64,000 nucleotides of DNA from Vulcanimicrobiota bacterium (GCA_963767635.1 CAVYEM010000001.1:81818-145817); one strand, 5' to 3'. Shown: positions 1 to 10,927, numbered from the stretch's first letter. The notes: generated by a model not told the origin, from the letters alone. A program made the numbers and translations.

Positions 1-1461
1 ATTATCCTGTTGCCTCTTTTGTTCCTCAAGCGACTCTCCGACGTTTTTGACGATGAGATCGCGCGCCTCGCCGACCAATTCGGCGAGCGTGGAACGCGCT
101 TGCAAATGCTGAAGCAGATCACTCGTTGGTGCGATTTTATCTTCCGTCCGGTAGCACGTTGGGCGTAATCAGTGGGCGTCAGCCATTCAAATGGCCGGAA
201 GGACAAAGAGCCCAGATCATCGGCGAGCAACTGACGAAAGCCATCCGGGCAGTCGCAAGCAGAATCCATCTCTCTCCGGCGTCATCGACATTGTAGATTA
301 CACGAGACCGCAACGGCGAACGCGATATCAATCCCGCGAATCTGCGGGCATCGTCGAAGACCTACTCTGACCCGCGCTATCGACTCGGCTTGCACGATGT
401 TGAGCCGGATTTCCTGGGCCGATCGTATGAATATCTTCTGCGGAAATTCGCCGAAGGCCAGGGACAAAGTGCCGGCGAGTTTTTCACGCCAACCAAGGTG
501 GGATTTCTCATCGCAGAGATCATGCGGCCGCGGCCCGGCGAAGAATGTCACGACTACGCCTGCGGTTCCGCGGATTGTTGATTAAGTTGCAGCTGGTTGC
601 GCGCGAACTCGATCCTGTTTGCCAAAGTCCCGTTCAAGCTCTATGGCCAGGAACTTCACCGATTCAGCTACGCCATCGCCTGCATGAATAAGATCATCCA
701 CGACATGGAGGTCGAAATGCTCGCGGCGATTCGATGCATAATCCGAAATTCCGAGAAGGCGACACGGGATCGATCAAAAGTTCGACATCGTCGTCGCCAA
801 TCCCATGTGGAATCAGCCGTTTGATCGGACGTTTACGAGAATGATCCGTTTGAACGTTTCCGAACAGCGGGCGGTATGACCACCGGCAAGGGTGATTGGG
901 CATGGCTGCAACACACTGTCGTGCACTGAAGGATTCCGGCCGTGCTGCTGTCGTGCTTGACACCGGCGCTGTCAGTCGCGGCAGCGGAAAAGAATGAGGA
1001 TAGGGAACGCACCATTCGCCAATGGTTCGTCGAGCACGATCTTGATGGATGGTGTAATCCTCTTGCCAGACAATTTATTCTACAACACGACCGCCGCCGG
1101 TGTCATCGTCGTTCTCAACAAACAAAAGACCACAGATCGCAGCGGCAAAATCGTTCTCGTCAACGCGAGCGAAAGATTCGAAAAGGGTAGGCCAAAAAAC
1201 TACTTATCTGACGATGTGGTTGAGTCGCTCGCCGCTGCATTCATCAAAGGGGAACAAATAGTCGGCCAGCTCGCGGTTATCACGCGAGAACAAGCCGAAT
1301 TGACCGACTACAATCTCAGCCCTAGCAGGTGGGTCGAACCTGAAACCCAGGACGCAGCGACGACTGTTGAGCAACTTCTTGTTGAGTTGTCAGACTCTCC
1401 AAAAAACCGAGAAGCAAGATCGGGCTCTTTTATCCATGCTGTCAGCGTTAGGACCGAATAG
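1..1461 (+). pseudogene. hsdM: Type I restriction-modification DNA methyltransferase subunit HsdM. It is 5' partial and multiply frameshifted.
   Basis: Frame 1 from nt 1 reads IILLPLLFLKRLSDVFDDE (HsdM N-domain). ORF 390-581 has [26 protein letters not shown]. Nt 781-825 read [14 protein letters not shown] (catalytic NPxW motif). ORF 994-1461 has [21 protein letters not shown]. The homology hops between all three frames about nine times. Confidence 0.85.
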
Positions 1462-2760
1462 TGGTTGAACGAGGCTTCGTTACGCTTGGCACGCTCATTG
1501 ACAGTGGCCAGGTGGAGGCTGTAACGGGCTTTCCGTTTGGAGATCACAGGCAATGCCACGCTGGCGTCGCACAGATGCGCCCCTACAATGTAAAGATTAG
1601 CGGTCGAATTGATCTCAGCCAAATCAAATACGTTCCGAAAGACGCGTCGGATGGGCGGCCACAGCTGCGTGACAATGACATTCTATTCAACAACACAAAC
1701 ACGAAGGAGTTGGTTGGCAAATGCGCGCTGTGGACAATTGCGAGGCCATTCGTATTTTCAAACCACATGACGAGAATCCGGGTTCAGTGCGATAATCTTG
1801 ATCCGGGTTACCTGACTTTGCAGTGCTGCATCATTGGGCATGCGGCAGATCTCGAATGCTTGCAAGAGCACGACGTTGCCCAGGCCAGTCTTATAGGACA
1901 GCGATTTCGCGAAATTCGCATTCCGGCAGTCGATTACGAAGATCAGCGCTCCATCGCTCGTGCCCTGACCACGGTGCAGCGAAGCGTCGAACTTGAGGAA
2001 CAGTCCCGGCTCTGGCGTCTGCCCTGAAAACGGCGAAGAGGCAGGAGTTGTTTGGACGCGGATTGCGAGGCGAGCCGCAAAAGGAAACTGAGGTCGGCCG
2101 AATACCCGAGAGTTGGCAATTAGCGACCATTGGTGACCATTTTAGGTTGTTTCTGGTGGTACGCCATCACGGAATAATCCGAAATACTGGAACGCGGGAA
2201 CCATCCCGTGGGTGAAGACGACTGAGATTGACTACGGCCTAATTTGCTCGACGGAAGAATTCATCACAGATCTGGGCCTTCAGGAATCGGCTGCAAAGAT
2301 GCTGCCGTATGGAACGATTCTGATGGCGATGTATGGGCAGGGCGTAACCCGTGGCAAGGTTGCAATCCTAGGGATCGAGGCGGCATGCAACCAAGCATGC
2401 GCGGCAATGATACCCCTGGACGCGGCCGTCGAACCTAAGTATCTCTTCCATTTTCTTGCATACCGATACGTGGATATTAGAAGGCTCGCACACGGGGGAC
2501 AGCAGCAAAATCTGAACCTCGACATCGTTCGTGATCTTCCGATGGCTTTCCCCAAAGATCAGAACGAACAATTGGAAATTGTTGAGATTCTCGAATCCAT
2601 CGACCGAAAGATTGAGTTACACGTGCGCAGGAAGGCGGTGCTCGATAAACTATTCAACGCGCTGCTTAATGGCATGATGACGGGTGATATCGACGTTTCC
2701 GACATAGACGTTGAAGCGCATGAGAGCGGAGAACAGCGAGAAGAAGTGGCGGCGGTATGA
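1461..2760 (+). pseudogene. hsdS: Type I R-M specificity subunit HsdS, with two target-recognition halves and frameshifts near 2015 and 2145.
   Basis: ORF 1461-2027 (ILFNNTNTKELVGKCALW, then a conserved helical spacer) and ORF 2212-2760 (ILMAMYGQGVTRGKVAILGIEAACNQACAAM) are the two HsdS halves. The linker WQLATIGDHF...GGTPSRNNPKYWN lies in other frames. Confidence 0.8.
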
Positions 2761-5728
2761 GCGAGCTCTCCATTACGGAAGCGCGCACCGTCCAATTTCC
2801 TATGGTCGCGCACGTCGCGGAGATTGGCTGGACGCGACTCACGCCAGATGACGCAAAGGCAAAGCGTGGTGCCGAAGACGCGATGTTCTTTCGAGATGAT
2901 CTCTCGGCGAAACTGCGTGAATTCAACCCTTGGCTCAACAATGACTCGCTTCGGCAAATTGTCGAGAAACTCGAAGCACTGCGGCCGAGTATCGAGGGAA
3001 ACCGTGAGATGCTTCAGTGGCTCCGCGGCGAGCGGAGCTGGTACGACGAGGAAGAGAAGCGCCATCGACCCGTGAAAGCTCATCGATTTCGATCGGCACG
3101 GATGCAAACATGCTTTCACGTTACATGGGAATGGAAAATCAAGCCTCCAGCGCGTAAGGGCAATCGTGCGGATGTAATGTTCGCTGATCAACGGCATACC
3201 TGTCGTGCATCGTGGAGCACAAGAATCCGAAGGACGGCGATGCGATCGATAGAGGTATCGTGCAACTCCGGCCGATACGAGAAGGAAACACCAGAACTAA
3301 TGGCCGCTGCCGCAGATATTCAATGTAACCCATCTGCTGGATTACTGGTACGGCGTGACCTGGAATGCCACGCGACGCGGGATGACGCGATGGAAGGAGA
3401 GCGCCGGATGAAACTTATCGCTTTGCAGTGCAGTCATTTTTCGAGCGAACAGAGCTTCTTACGGACTCTGCAGCAATGGATATTGTTCTATGTTGAGGAC
3501 GACGAACTCCGCAAGTCCGTACTTCGCCAGCACCAGCGCCGTGCAGATCGACGCGAGTCATCGATCGTTGTGCCGACCGGCGAAAAGGCGCGGCCTCGAT
3601 GTGGCACACGCAAGGGTCAGGGAAGACTTTCACGCTGCTCACCGCGGCGCGGCTCGTTACTTGAAGATAAGAGACGATTCGCCAATGCGACAGTGATCGT
3701 CGTCGTGGACCGGACCGAGCTCGAAGGGCAGTTGAAGGGATGGGTGGACCGTCTGCTTGGTGAGATGCAGCAGCTGGACATTGCCAGTCGAGCGTGCCGA
3801 CGAGCAAGGCGGATCTTCAAGCGACTACTCGATCGCGGACTTCCGCGGCCTTAATCATTTCGATGATTCACAAGTTTGAAGAGGTCCGCAAAGCAGAGCT
3901 CGGAGCGAGACAACATGTTTGTCTTCATCGACGAGGCGCACCGCTCGGTCGCAAGGAACTGGGCACCTACCTTATGGCGGCCGCTTCCAAACTCGCACAA
4001 TCATTGGCTTCACTGGAACCCCAATTGCCCGAGGACAGCGCAAGGTCGAAGGAACGTTCAAGATTTTCGGGGCGGACGATGCAGACGGCTATCTCGACAA
4101 ATATTCGATTGCAGGAAACCATCGAGGACGAAACGACCGTGCCGATAAGGCACATGCTGGCGCCGAGTGAGATGACGGTCCCAGTGGAGCGAGCTGGATA
4201 AGGAATTCTTCGAGCTGGCTGGTACGAAGGGGTCACTGACGTTGAGGAGTTAAACAGCGTGCTTGAGAGTGCGGTTGCCCTTCGGACCTTCTTGAAGGCG
4301 GATGAGCCGAATGCGAGAATGTGGCGAAGCTTTATCGCGGAGCACTTCAAGCAAAATGTGCTTCCATTGGGATATAAGGCGTTCGTCGTTGCGGTCAATC
4401 GCGAAGCTTGCGCGAAGTATAAGCGCGAATTGGACAAGTTGCTTCCACCGAATGGTCGTGCCTATATACTCACAGAATGCCGCCGACATGATCGATCGTC
4501 CGCTTGTTGCCAAATATGCAGCTTTCCGAACGGGGCCAGGAAGACGAACATTCGGCGTCCTTTTCAAGAAGCCAGATCGAAGATCCGAAGATTGCTGATC
4601 GTCACTGACAAGCTGTTCACTGGCTATGATGCGCCGCTGCTCTATTGCCTGTATCTGGACAAGCCAATGCGCGACCACGTGTTGTTCCAGGCGATCGCGC
4701 GCGTCAACCGGCCTTACGAGGACGATGCGGCGAGCGAAGAAGGTTGGGCTGGTAGTGGATTTTGTCGGCGTACTGCGCGAACTGAAGAAGGCATTGCAAT
4801 TCGACTCTTCGGACGTAAGTGGCGTTATTGAAGGTCTCGACCTGCTGCATGGCGGAGTTCCTCAAGAAGATCGCGTGGCAAAGCGAAACATACTTGAAAT
4901 CGGCGATGGCGGAAGCGCGACGGACGAGCGGCTGGAAAAGCTTGTGTATGGGCCGCTTCCGAGATCCAGAAGCTCGAAAGACGTTTTTCGAGCGTACAAG
5001 GAGATCGAAGGATCTGTGCGAGATTTTGTCTCCTTCGCCGGAGCTGCGCGACCACATTCCGAGACGTACAAGCGGCTAGCGAAACTCTATGCCGCGGTGC
5101 GAAACGCATAGTCGACGAAAGTCGGCTTTACGGCCGATTTCGCTCACAAGACGCGCAAACTGATCGAGGAGAGCGCCGAGCACGCAAGGTCTGGAGCGAT
5201 TCAGTAAGAGCGTTACCTTCGATACCGCAACTTTGAATGTCTTCGGCGCGAGACCGGTTCAGACGAAGGTAAGGTCGTCAATCTTGTGAGAGGCTTGCAA
5301 AACGAGATTGAGGAGCATCCGGCGCAGTCGCGCCGTGCTCCAGTCTCTCAAAGACCGCGCCGAACGGATTCTCAAGAATGATGATCGGACGGACTACGAG
5401 CGCCAAGGCCGCGATGGAGCGAGCTGGAACGGCTCACCACGCAGAAAGCGGATGCAGAAAGAGCGGCTCGGAAAGCGGACTGTCGCCCCGGGCGTTCGGC
5501 GTGTTCTGGTCGTTGCGAGACGATGTGTCTCTCTCCGCGGCTGGAATCGACCCCATGCAAGTCGCGCGCGAGGCTCAGGCACTGCTGGAACGCTATCCCA
5601 ACGCCGCAGTGAACGCCGACGAACAGCGTCTCTTACGAACAGGGTTATATCGGCCGCTCCTTGCACTTTCGGCCGCCGACCTTAAGCGCATCGTGGAGCG
5701 TGCAATGTCGGCGCTCGCGATAGCGTAA
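2757..5728 (+). pseudogene. hsdR: Type I R-M endonuclease/helicase subunit HsdR, heavily frameshifted.
   Basis: Five pieces of HsdR lie in different frames. The N-terminus is ORF 2757. The DEAH box [10 protein letters not shown] is at 3918-3947. GFTGTPI is in ORF 3919-4170. [40 protein letters not shown] is in ORF 4259-4831. The C-terminal domain is ORF 5378-5728. Confidence 0.85.
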
Positions 5729-5734
5729 AGAACA

Positions 5735-6113
5735 TTGCGATCGTTCTCTTGTCATTTGTTCGACTCGTCGCGAATTAGGTATGTGAAGCAATCTGAGCGG
5801 CAGGCACTTCTGCGCCTTCGGCGCCGCGTTGTGCATTGGAGTGAGAAACTGGGCCTTACGCCGCGAGTCTTACGAATTCAACGCATGACTAGAAAATGGG
5901 GATCATGTTCTCCGGCAGGAACGATCACACTCGCCCGGGATCTCGCCAACCTCACTGAGTCGCTTCAGGACATCGTAATTGTGCACGGAGCTCCTTCATC
6001 TCCGAATGCGTAACCATGGAAGAGTGTTCCGCGCTTTAATGACTGCACACGTCCCGCATTGGCGGTCATTCGCAGCCTCAACAAGCCACGTCAAGCGCAC
6101 GAAAGTTGCGTGA
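5735..6113 (+). pseudogene. DUF45/YgjP-type zinc metallopeptidase remnant (an R-M-associated family). It is N-terminally short and has a frameshift near 5986.
   Basis: The ORF reads [18 protein letters not shown]. After a +1 shift it continues [28 protein letters not shown], which contains an HExxH motif. The stop is at 6111-6113. Confidence 0.6.
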
Positions 6114-6208
6114 AGAAATGGCGGCCTACAAACGGGTCGCCTCGAGCGGCCGGGTGCTTCGCTTCCTAGTTGCGTTGCTTTCGCCCAACCAATTTAACGG
6201 AACGCTAG

Positions 6209-6682
6209 TTGCTGATGTTCAGTACTAAGCTGTGGGCAAACACAGTGAGAAAGCGCGTGCTGCTAGATGAGCACCTGTCTGAAGATATTGCCGGAGTATT
6301 CGGCCCGCGTGACCATGTATATTTGGCGAAGGACGTGGACCTCAAGGGAAAGCCCGATCGCGACGTTATTGACTTCGCAATCAATAAAAAATGCCTGATC
6401 ATCACAAACGACGCGGGTTTGGTGAACGACTACCGCAACCATCCGCAGCGGCGCTCGAAACGCGGCATCCAGTTTTTCTACGGCCTGATTTATGTGCGCG
6501 CGGACTCTGACGTCGCACGTAAGCGACACATCGCCATTGCTGTAAGAGAAATGGCGTGGGGCGAAAGTCGACAGCATGATGATCTCGTGATCGTGTCGCG
6601 CGACGGGAAGACGGAACACTATCGGCTTTGTCACGCAGAGTGTGCCGCGGAGTTTGACAAGCGCGAAGGCAGAAGCGGGTAG
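6209..6682 (+). CDS. DUF5615/Mut7-C-like PIN-like domain protein, with no DUF433 partner.
   Basis: The motifs LLDEHL...DVIDFAINKKCLIITNDAG are typical of the DUF5615 family. It resembles the second copy at 17367-17741. Confidence 0.5.
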   Translation: MLMFSTKLWANTVRKRVLLDEHLSEDIAGVFGPRDHVYLAKDVDLKGKPDRDVIDFAINKKCLIITNDAGLVNDYRNHPQRRSKRGIQFFYGLIYVRADSDVARKRHIAIAVREMAWGESRQHDDLVIVSRDGKTEHYRLCHAECAAEFDKREGRSG

Positions 6683-6722
6683 CAGATGGCATACGGCGGG
6701 GTTGTTGCCGATACTCGGGCAC

Positions 6723-6974
6723 ATGGACTACGAAATGACGGAAGGCGAGGCTGCCTTACTCGACTGGGTTCTTGGGCCGTTTGACGGGATCGAGATTGAG
6801 CCAGGACTTTACGCCTTCAAGACAACTAATCAAAACGGCCTCGTCCAGTATTGTGTCGAGACGGAGGAGCGTTTAATCTGGTCTGCGCTCGACCTATACT
6901 ACAGTGATGAGGCTATCGAAGACTTCATCAAAGCCTATTCACTTCGTAAGAATGCCGATATGGTGGGCGCCTGA
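6723..6974 (+). CDS. Hypothetical small acidic protein.
   Basis: ATG-initiated ORF (MDYEMTEGEAALLDW...) inside ORF 6642-6974. I recognise no family. Confidence 0.3.
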   Translation: MDYEMTEGEAALLDWVLGPFDGIEIEPGLYAFKTTNQNGLVQYCVETEERLIWSALDLYYSDEAIEDFIKAYSLRKNADMVGA

Positions 6975-7149
6975 ACGCCGTGAGGCATGGGCCGTCGTTA
7001 CCCGTTCCGGCGGAACAACCGTCATATGCTACACGGAGTCCGAGGAAGAGGGGCGCGCAGCGTTGGAGCGCCGCGGTCTGAACGACGGCGGAGTACGCTT
7101 AGCGCGCGTTCGAGCAGACCTTAGTACGGGAAATGAAGTCGAGGTGTAA
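6952..7149 (+). CDS. Hypothetical small protein.
   Basis: ORF MPIWWAPERREAWAVVTRSGGTTVICYTESEEEGRAALE... overlaps the end of the previous ORF. I recognise no family. Confidence 0.25.
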   Translation: MPIWWAPERREAWAVVTRSGGTTVICYTESEEEGRAALERRGLNDGGVRLARVRADLSTGNEVEV

Positions 7150-7335
7150 TGATATGGCTTCGAACCGAAGCTCTGCCGTAGAAGGGCTCGTAAATGCGTG
7201 CGCATTGCTCGTGTGAGCCCTGCCAACTTTCGCGACCCGCGTGTCCGTAATTTTACTTTCCACGAACCTATCGCAGCTTAGAAAGCGCGCCGTGTGTTTC
7301 TTTTCCCTGCGCGCTAGGGTTCCGCACCGCGCGTC

Positions 7336-7373
7336 GGTCCGTCCGCAGTTTTATGCGGCGGACCGCCGCGCTA
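7336..7373 (+). repeat. Copy 1 of a conserved hairpin element (ggtccgTccgca-gtttta-tgcggcggacc, then cgcgcta).
   Basis: It is near-identical to 8496-8534. Both have an 11-bp stem with a 1-nt bulge and a 6-nt loop. Confidence 0.8.
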
Positions 7374-7415
7374 CCACGGCCGATACAATGACGCACGCTC
7401 CAGGAGGGCAACAAG

Positions 7416-7665
7416 TTGACGGAAACCGGCAATACCCCAGTGAGATCGGCCGCTGAGCTGCTCATCGCTCGACCATGCTAGGATTTGAAACGGCAAAGCG
7501 AATTGGAGAGTGGAAGACTTCACTAGACGATCTAACGGGCAAAAGTATCGTCTCAGCGCAGGTGAATAACCGGCACATGGAACTCGTGTCGGGCGACGGC
7601 CTTACGTGTCGTTCTACGGCTTGATCGAGGCCGTGCCGCCAGGCGGGACAAGTCTCTACGACTAC
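7416..7665 (+). pseudogene. Decayed paralog of the small ORF at 8560-8811, with two frameshifts.
   Basis: The SD caggagg is followed by TTG at 7416. The segments GKSIVSAQVNNRHMELVSGDG and RFYGLIEAVPP align with GKTIVLARVDRRHIELVTNDG and RFAFYGLIEAVAP of the intact copy, but they lie in different frames. Confidence 0.6.
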
Positions 7666-8009
7666 GCCTCTGCGAACTCGCGCTATAGGTGCTCCTTGCG
7701 GCCCTCTTCGCGAGAATTGTTTTTCAGGCGGTATTAACGGCAAAAAAAGCCTCGCCAAACCACTCGTGAAAATCCGCGAAAAGTTGTGGAAGACGCGCGC
7801 AAAGCGTCTCCTCTCGCGCGCTCAAACTGAGGCCGTGCTTTTGGGTTCTCAGAGACCAGAAACGTTCGTCCTCGTTTCCTCGATTTAGCTAGTCGAGATA
7901 GACGAAATGGCGGCAAACCGCGTTTCAGCCCGATGGGCGGCGCCCGGACGTACAAAAGAAAGACAGGAAGGATTGGCGGCAAAGTTGGACCTCAGCCGAT
8001 ACTCGCGCT

Positions 8010-8276
8010 ATGAAAAAGGGAGCGAGAATCGATGTGCGCCTCAGCGCAGCAGAAAACCAACGGTTCGAACGACGGCGGAAAGCCGCACCGCAGGGGTTTA
8101 ACCGGGCTAAATATGCGCGGTCGCTACTGCTGGCGGACCGCCTGATTCCGGCCGAGCACCTCGTGAACGAAATGCGCGAACTACGGTTGGCTCTGGCGCA
8201 TCAGATTCCCCAGTCGGTAACAGCGCGCGTAGAGGAGCTTTACTGCGCTGCACTTGATGCGGTCATCAAGAAGTAG
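8010..8276 (+). CDS. MobC-like ribbon-helix-helix mobilisation accessory protein.
   Basis: RIDVRLSAAENQRFERRRKAAPQGFNRAKYARSLLL matches the MobC pattern RxxxIxVRLSxxE...YxRxxLL. An XRE-HTH-like remnant (QEGLAAKLDLSRYSRYEKG) lies just upstream in another frame (7907-8040). Confidence 0.5.
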   Translation: MKKGARIDVRLSAAENQRFERRRKAAPQGFNRAKYARSLLLADRLIPAEHLVNEMRELRLALAHQIPQSVTARVEELYCAALDAVIKK

Positions 8277-8495
8277 TAAGGGTATGGGCGCAGCGCGTTG
8301 GCGACTGGGCCAATAGTTCGGAAATTCCGCGGCGACCGCAACGGGCCGGTAAAGGCATCGCGGGCACCTGTCGCGGCCGCGATGGCACATCGCTTATCAT
8401 GTCGAGACCGGCAACTCGGATGTCGGCGCTAGTGCTGTGTGGAGCTCGCTCCTAACTCAGCGTTCCAAACGGAGCACGTTAGTACCGTAGCGCGA

Positions 8496-8534
8496 GGGTC
8501 CGCCCGCAGTTTTATGCGGCGGACCGTCGCGCTA
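8496..8534 (+). repeat. Copy 2 of the conserved hairpin element. It is followed by TATAGT (8533-8538) and an SD.
   Basis: The sequence is gggtccgCccgcagttttatgcggcggaccgtcgcgcta. It has the same arms and loop as 7336-7373. Confidence 0.8.
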
Positions 8535-8559
8535 TAGTCCTACTACAGGAGGTGCTGAA

Positions 8560-8811
8560 TTGGACGAATCCCTTGAACCTGGAACCGGCTCGCGGTCAGA
8601 GCACCTGATCCGCCAGGCATCCTACGACTTTGAGCGCGACGCCGCACTTCGGCGCTCGGCTATCGAAATACAGAAGATTGCCGGCAAAACTATCGTCTTG
8701 GCCCGAGTCGATCGCCGGCACATCGAACTCGTCACCAACGACGGCTGTCGTTTTGCGTTCTACGGGCTCATTGAGGCCGTTGCACCTGACGAAGCGGGCC
8801 TGTTTGACTAG
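8560..8811 (+). CDS. Hypothetical 83-aa protein, the intact copy of the duplicated cassette.
   Basis: The SD caggagg lies 8 nt upstream of a TTG start. A decayed paralog at 7416-7665 argues that this is a real gene. Confidence 0.5.
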   Translation: MDESLEPGTGSRSEHLIRQASYDFERDAALRRSAIEIQKIAGKTIVLARVDRRHIELVTNDGCRFAFYGLIEAVAPDEAGLFD

Positions 8812-9381
8812 CAACGTCCGTTACGGCATTTGAGCACGAACAAGCCAAAGAAATACCGCATTACCGCTGGGTCGCAGCCGGGCACCTCCGCGGATTCCGA
8901 CACGGCACACGGCGACTCCAAACTTGTGCCGATACTCGGTCCACAATGAACGACAAGCACAGCGTACGAAGCCGCGGTTTTAAACTTAAGGTTCGGGTCT
9001 GTTTCCGGAGCCGGCCGACATGCCGCACAATCCTGGTTGATGTCCATGCAGCGTACTGGCACTTCCTCGATTTGGCGTTTTCGTTGGGGGAGCGCAATGA
9101 GCCCGGTTTCATCCGGAGTCACGAATCAAGACGGGTTCCACCTGCACTTCAAAACGATCTGAAAGAACCGATGCTCTACTTGCTCGATAACGGCAGACCT
9201 GGCGCGCCATACGACATCTATCTGAGCGACGCCTCGTTTCTCATCGACGATGTGACTTCATGCAGTTCGTCGCCGGTCACTAACTCCGAGCAGCCGCGGC
9301 TGCCCGGCTTTTCACTTGAGTCGACGCAACTGCCAAACCAAACGCGAGCGTTGGCGCTCGCGGCGCCATGCCTGAGAAACC

Positions 9382-9924
9382 ATGGAAACTAAAAAAGCAA
9401 ACCTTCAAGCGGAGTTCACGCAAGCGCCAGACGTTGTTAAACCGCGTACTTTGGATGACGCGCTCTTCTGCGAATCGAGCGATCCAGGAATCGAAGCTGC
9501 AGCCGCGGTCCAATCGACGCGGAGCATTCCGGAACGCAAGTTTCTGGACATCGATGAGGCTGGAGTCTACCTCGGCTGTTCAAAACGCACGATCTACAAG
9601 CTGTGTGCGTTGAGGAAACTCGCGTACCACGAAGCCGCAGGCGTTCGTTGGTTTCTAAAAGAGGACTTGGACGAATACATCGCCAGTGGACGCGTGGACG
9701 TGTTATGGTGGCCGGCGGCACTCGAGGAAAACCGCGTGAGCGCGAGCAGTTTGCCTTCGTGGTGGCAAAAAGGTATGCGCCGGAAAAGCGGTGGCCGAAT
9801 CGAGTGGCGATTCTATGTTGTAACGCCAGACCGGCTCAAAACAGGTGTCGGCTTACGGACGTACCATCACGGAACTGAAGGCGGAACGGAAGCGCTTGGA
9901 GCGTCTCTACGAGTTTGCTCCTGA
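9382..9924 (+). CDS. Excisionase-family (MerR-like) helix-turn-helix DNA-binding protein. Its tail runs into the integrase arm-binding region.
   Basis: FLDIDEAGVYLGCSKRTIYKLCALRKLAYHEAAGVRWFLKEDLDEYI is a typical excisionase-type HTH. The same frame continues to RKSGGRIEWRFYVVTPD. Confidence 0.55.
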   Translation: METKKANLQAEFTQAPDVVKPRTLDDALFCESSDPGIEAAAAVQSTRSIPERKFLDIDEAGVYLGCSKRTIYKLCALRKLAYHEAAGVRWFLKEDLDEYIASGRVDVLWWPAALEENRVSASSLPSWWQKGMRRKSGGRIEWRFYVVTPDRLKTGVGLRTYHHGTEGGTEALGASLRVCS

Positions 9925-10927
9925 GCGTATCACGCTAAATGACCTGCTCGATCGCTACATTGATGAGAAGCGTTCAAACAAGAAGATCGATCAACGTAAA
10001 GTCGCCGATACCGAAAGCCGCTTCGAGCGGTTGATTCGGCCTCAACTCGGTCGCCTGACCATCGGTGCCCTGTGTATGAACTGGGCCGTCTTAGGCGAGC
10101 ATTTTCGGTCGCTCTGTAACAAGCATCCGAACAGCTACGTAGTCCGGCGCGTTTTTGATGAATTAAGGGGCGCGTTCAAGTATGCCGTCGCGCGTCAATT
10201 GTGCGCGATCAATCCGGTTCTACACTTGGAGCGTCCGAAGTACGCAGCGCAAAAGAAGCGCCAGCCTTTCACACTCGATCAGGTCCTGGATCTGCTCATC
10301 AAAGCCGTCGGACGGGACCGGGTTATCATCGCCTTCTTAGTTATGACCGGCGTGCGGACGTGGAGCGAGATGAGCGGCCTTCGTGTCCGGGACTGCAACT
10401 TATTAAAGAAAACCGTGCAACTTAGTACGTTTGTCCGCCGCGATGAGAAAGGGCGGCCGGTTGAAAAGCCAGAGATCGCCGGCGAACCGCGCGGCAAAAC
10501 ACAACGAGCCGAGCGGGAGATACCGCTGATTGAACCGCTAATCGATATGTTGGAGCCTTACATCCGTTCCGCCGGCCTCGGGCCTGATGACTACTTATTT
10601 CCGAATAAACGTGGCGGTCTTCTCAGAGGCAACAACTGGTGTCGGCGCGTGTGGAAGGATCTCGCAGAGGCTGTTGGTAGGCCTGAAGCCGTGCCATACG
10701 AGCTTCGGCACACGACCAATACGTTGCTCGCCGCACTTGGGGTCGACGTAGGGACGCGGGCGGCAATATGTGGTCACTCGACGGCGGTTAACGAATCCGT
10801 ATACACAAAGAGCACTCTCGAAGCCAAACGCGAAGCTCTGGACAAGTTAGGCGTGCTCTTTCCGAAGATTGCGTCGATGCCTACGGCACCTGACGAGCGA
10901 GAAAGTGGCGCAGAAGGCGCCGCATAG
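9845..10927 (+). CDS. Tyrosine recombinase / phage-type integrase. The true N-terminus probably lies upstream in another frame.
   Basis: Catalytic-domain signatures are present: RxxxL region (GLRVRDC), ELRHTTNT, ICGHS and VYT (R..H-x-x-R..H..Y). Confidence 0.9.
   Translation: MSAYGRTITELKAERKRLERLYEFAPERITLNDLLDRYIDEKRSNKKIDQRKVADTESRFERLIRPQLGRLTIGALCMNWAVLGEHFRSLCNKHPNSYVVRRVFDELRGAFKYAVARQLCAINPVLHLERPKYAAQKKRQPFTLDQVLDLLIKAVGRDRVIIAFLVMTGVRTWSEMSGLRVRDCNLLKKTVQLSTFVRRDEKGRPVEKPEIAGEPRGKTQRAEREIPLIEPLIDMLEPYIRSAGLGPDDYLFPNKRGGLLRGNNWCRRVWKDLAEAVGRPEAVPYELRHTTNTLLAALGVDVGTRAAICGHSTAVNESVYTKSTLEAKREALDKLGVLFPKIASMPTAPDERESGAEGAA

Noticed and set aside
7462-7758. A 98-aa minus-strand ORF.
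   Set aside because: It lies opposite the decayed paralog of the 8560-8811 gene, whose plus-strand homology explains the region better.
8946-9392. A 148-aa plus-strand ORF (and the antisense ORF 8808-9122) between the small-ORF cassette and the Xis-like gene.
   Set aside because: It has no SD and no family, and its N-terminal half is basic and low in complexity. Only the C-terminal ~70 aa look protein-like. The support is insufficient.
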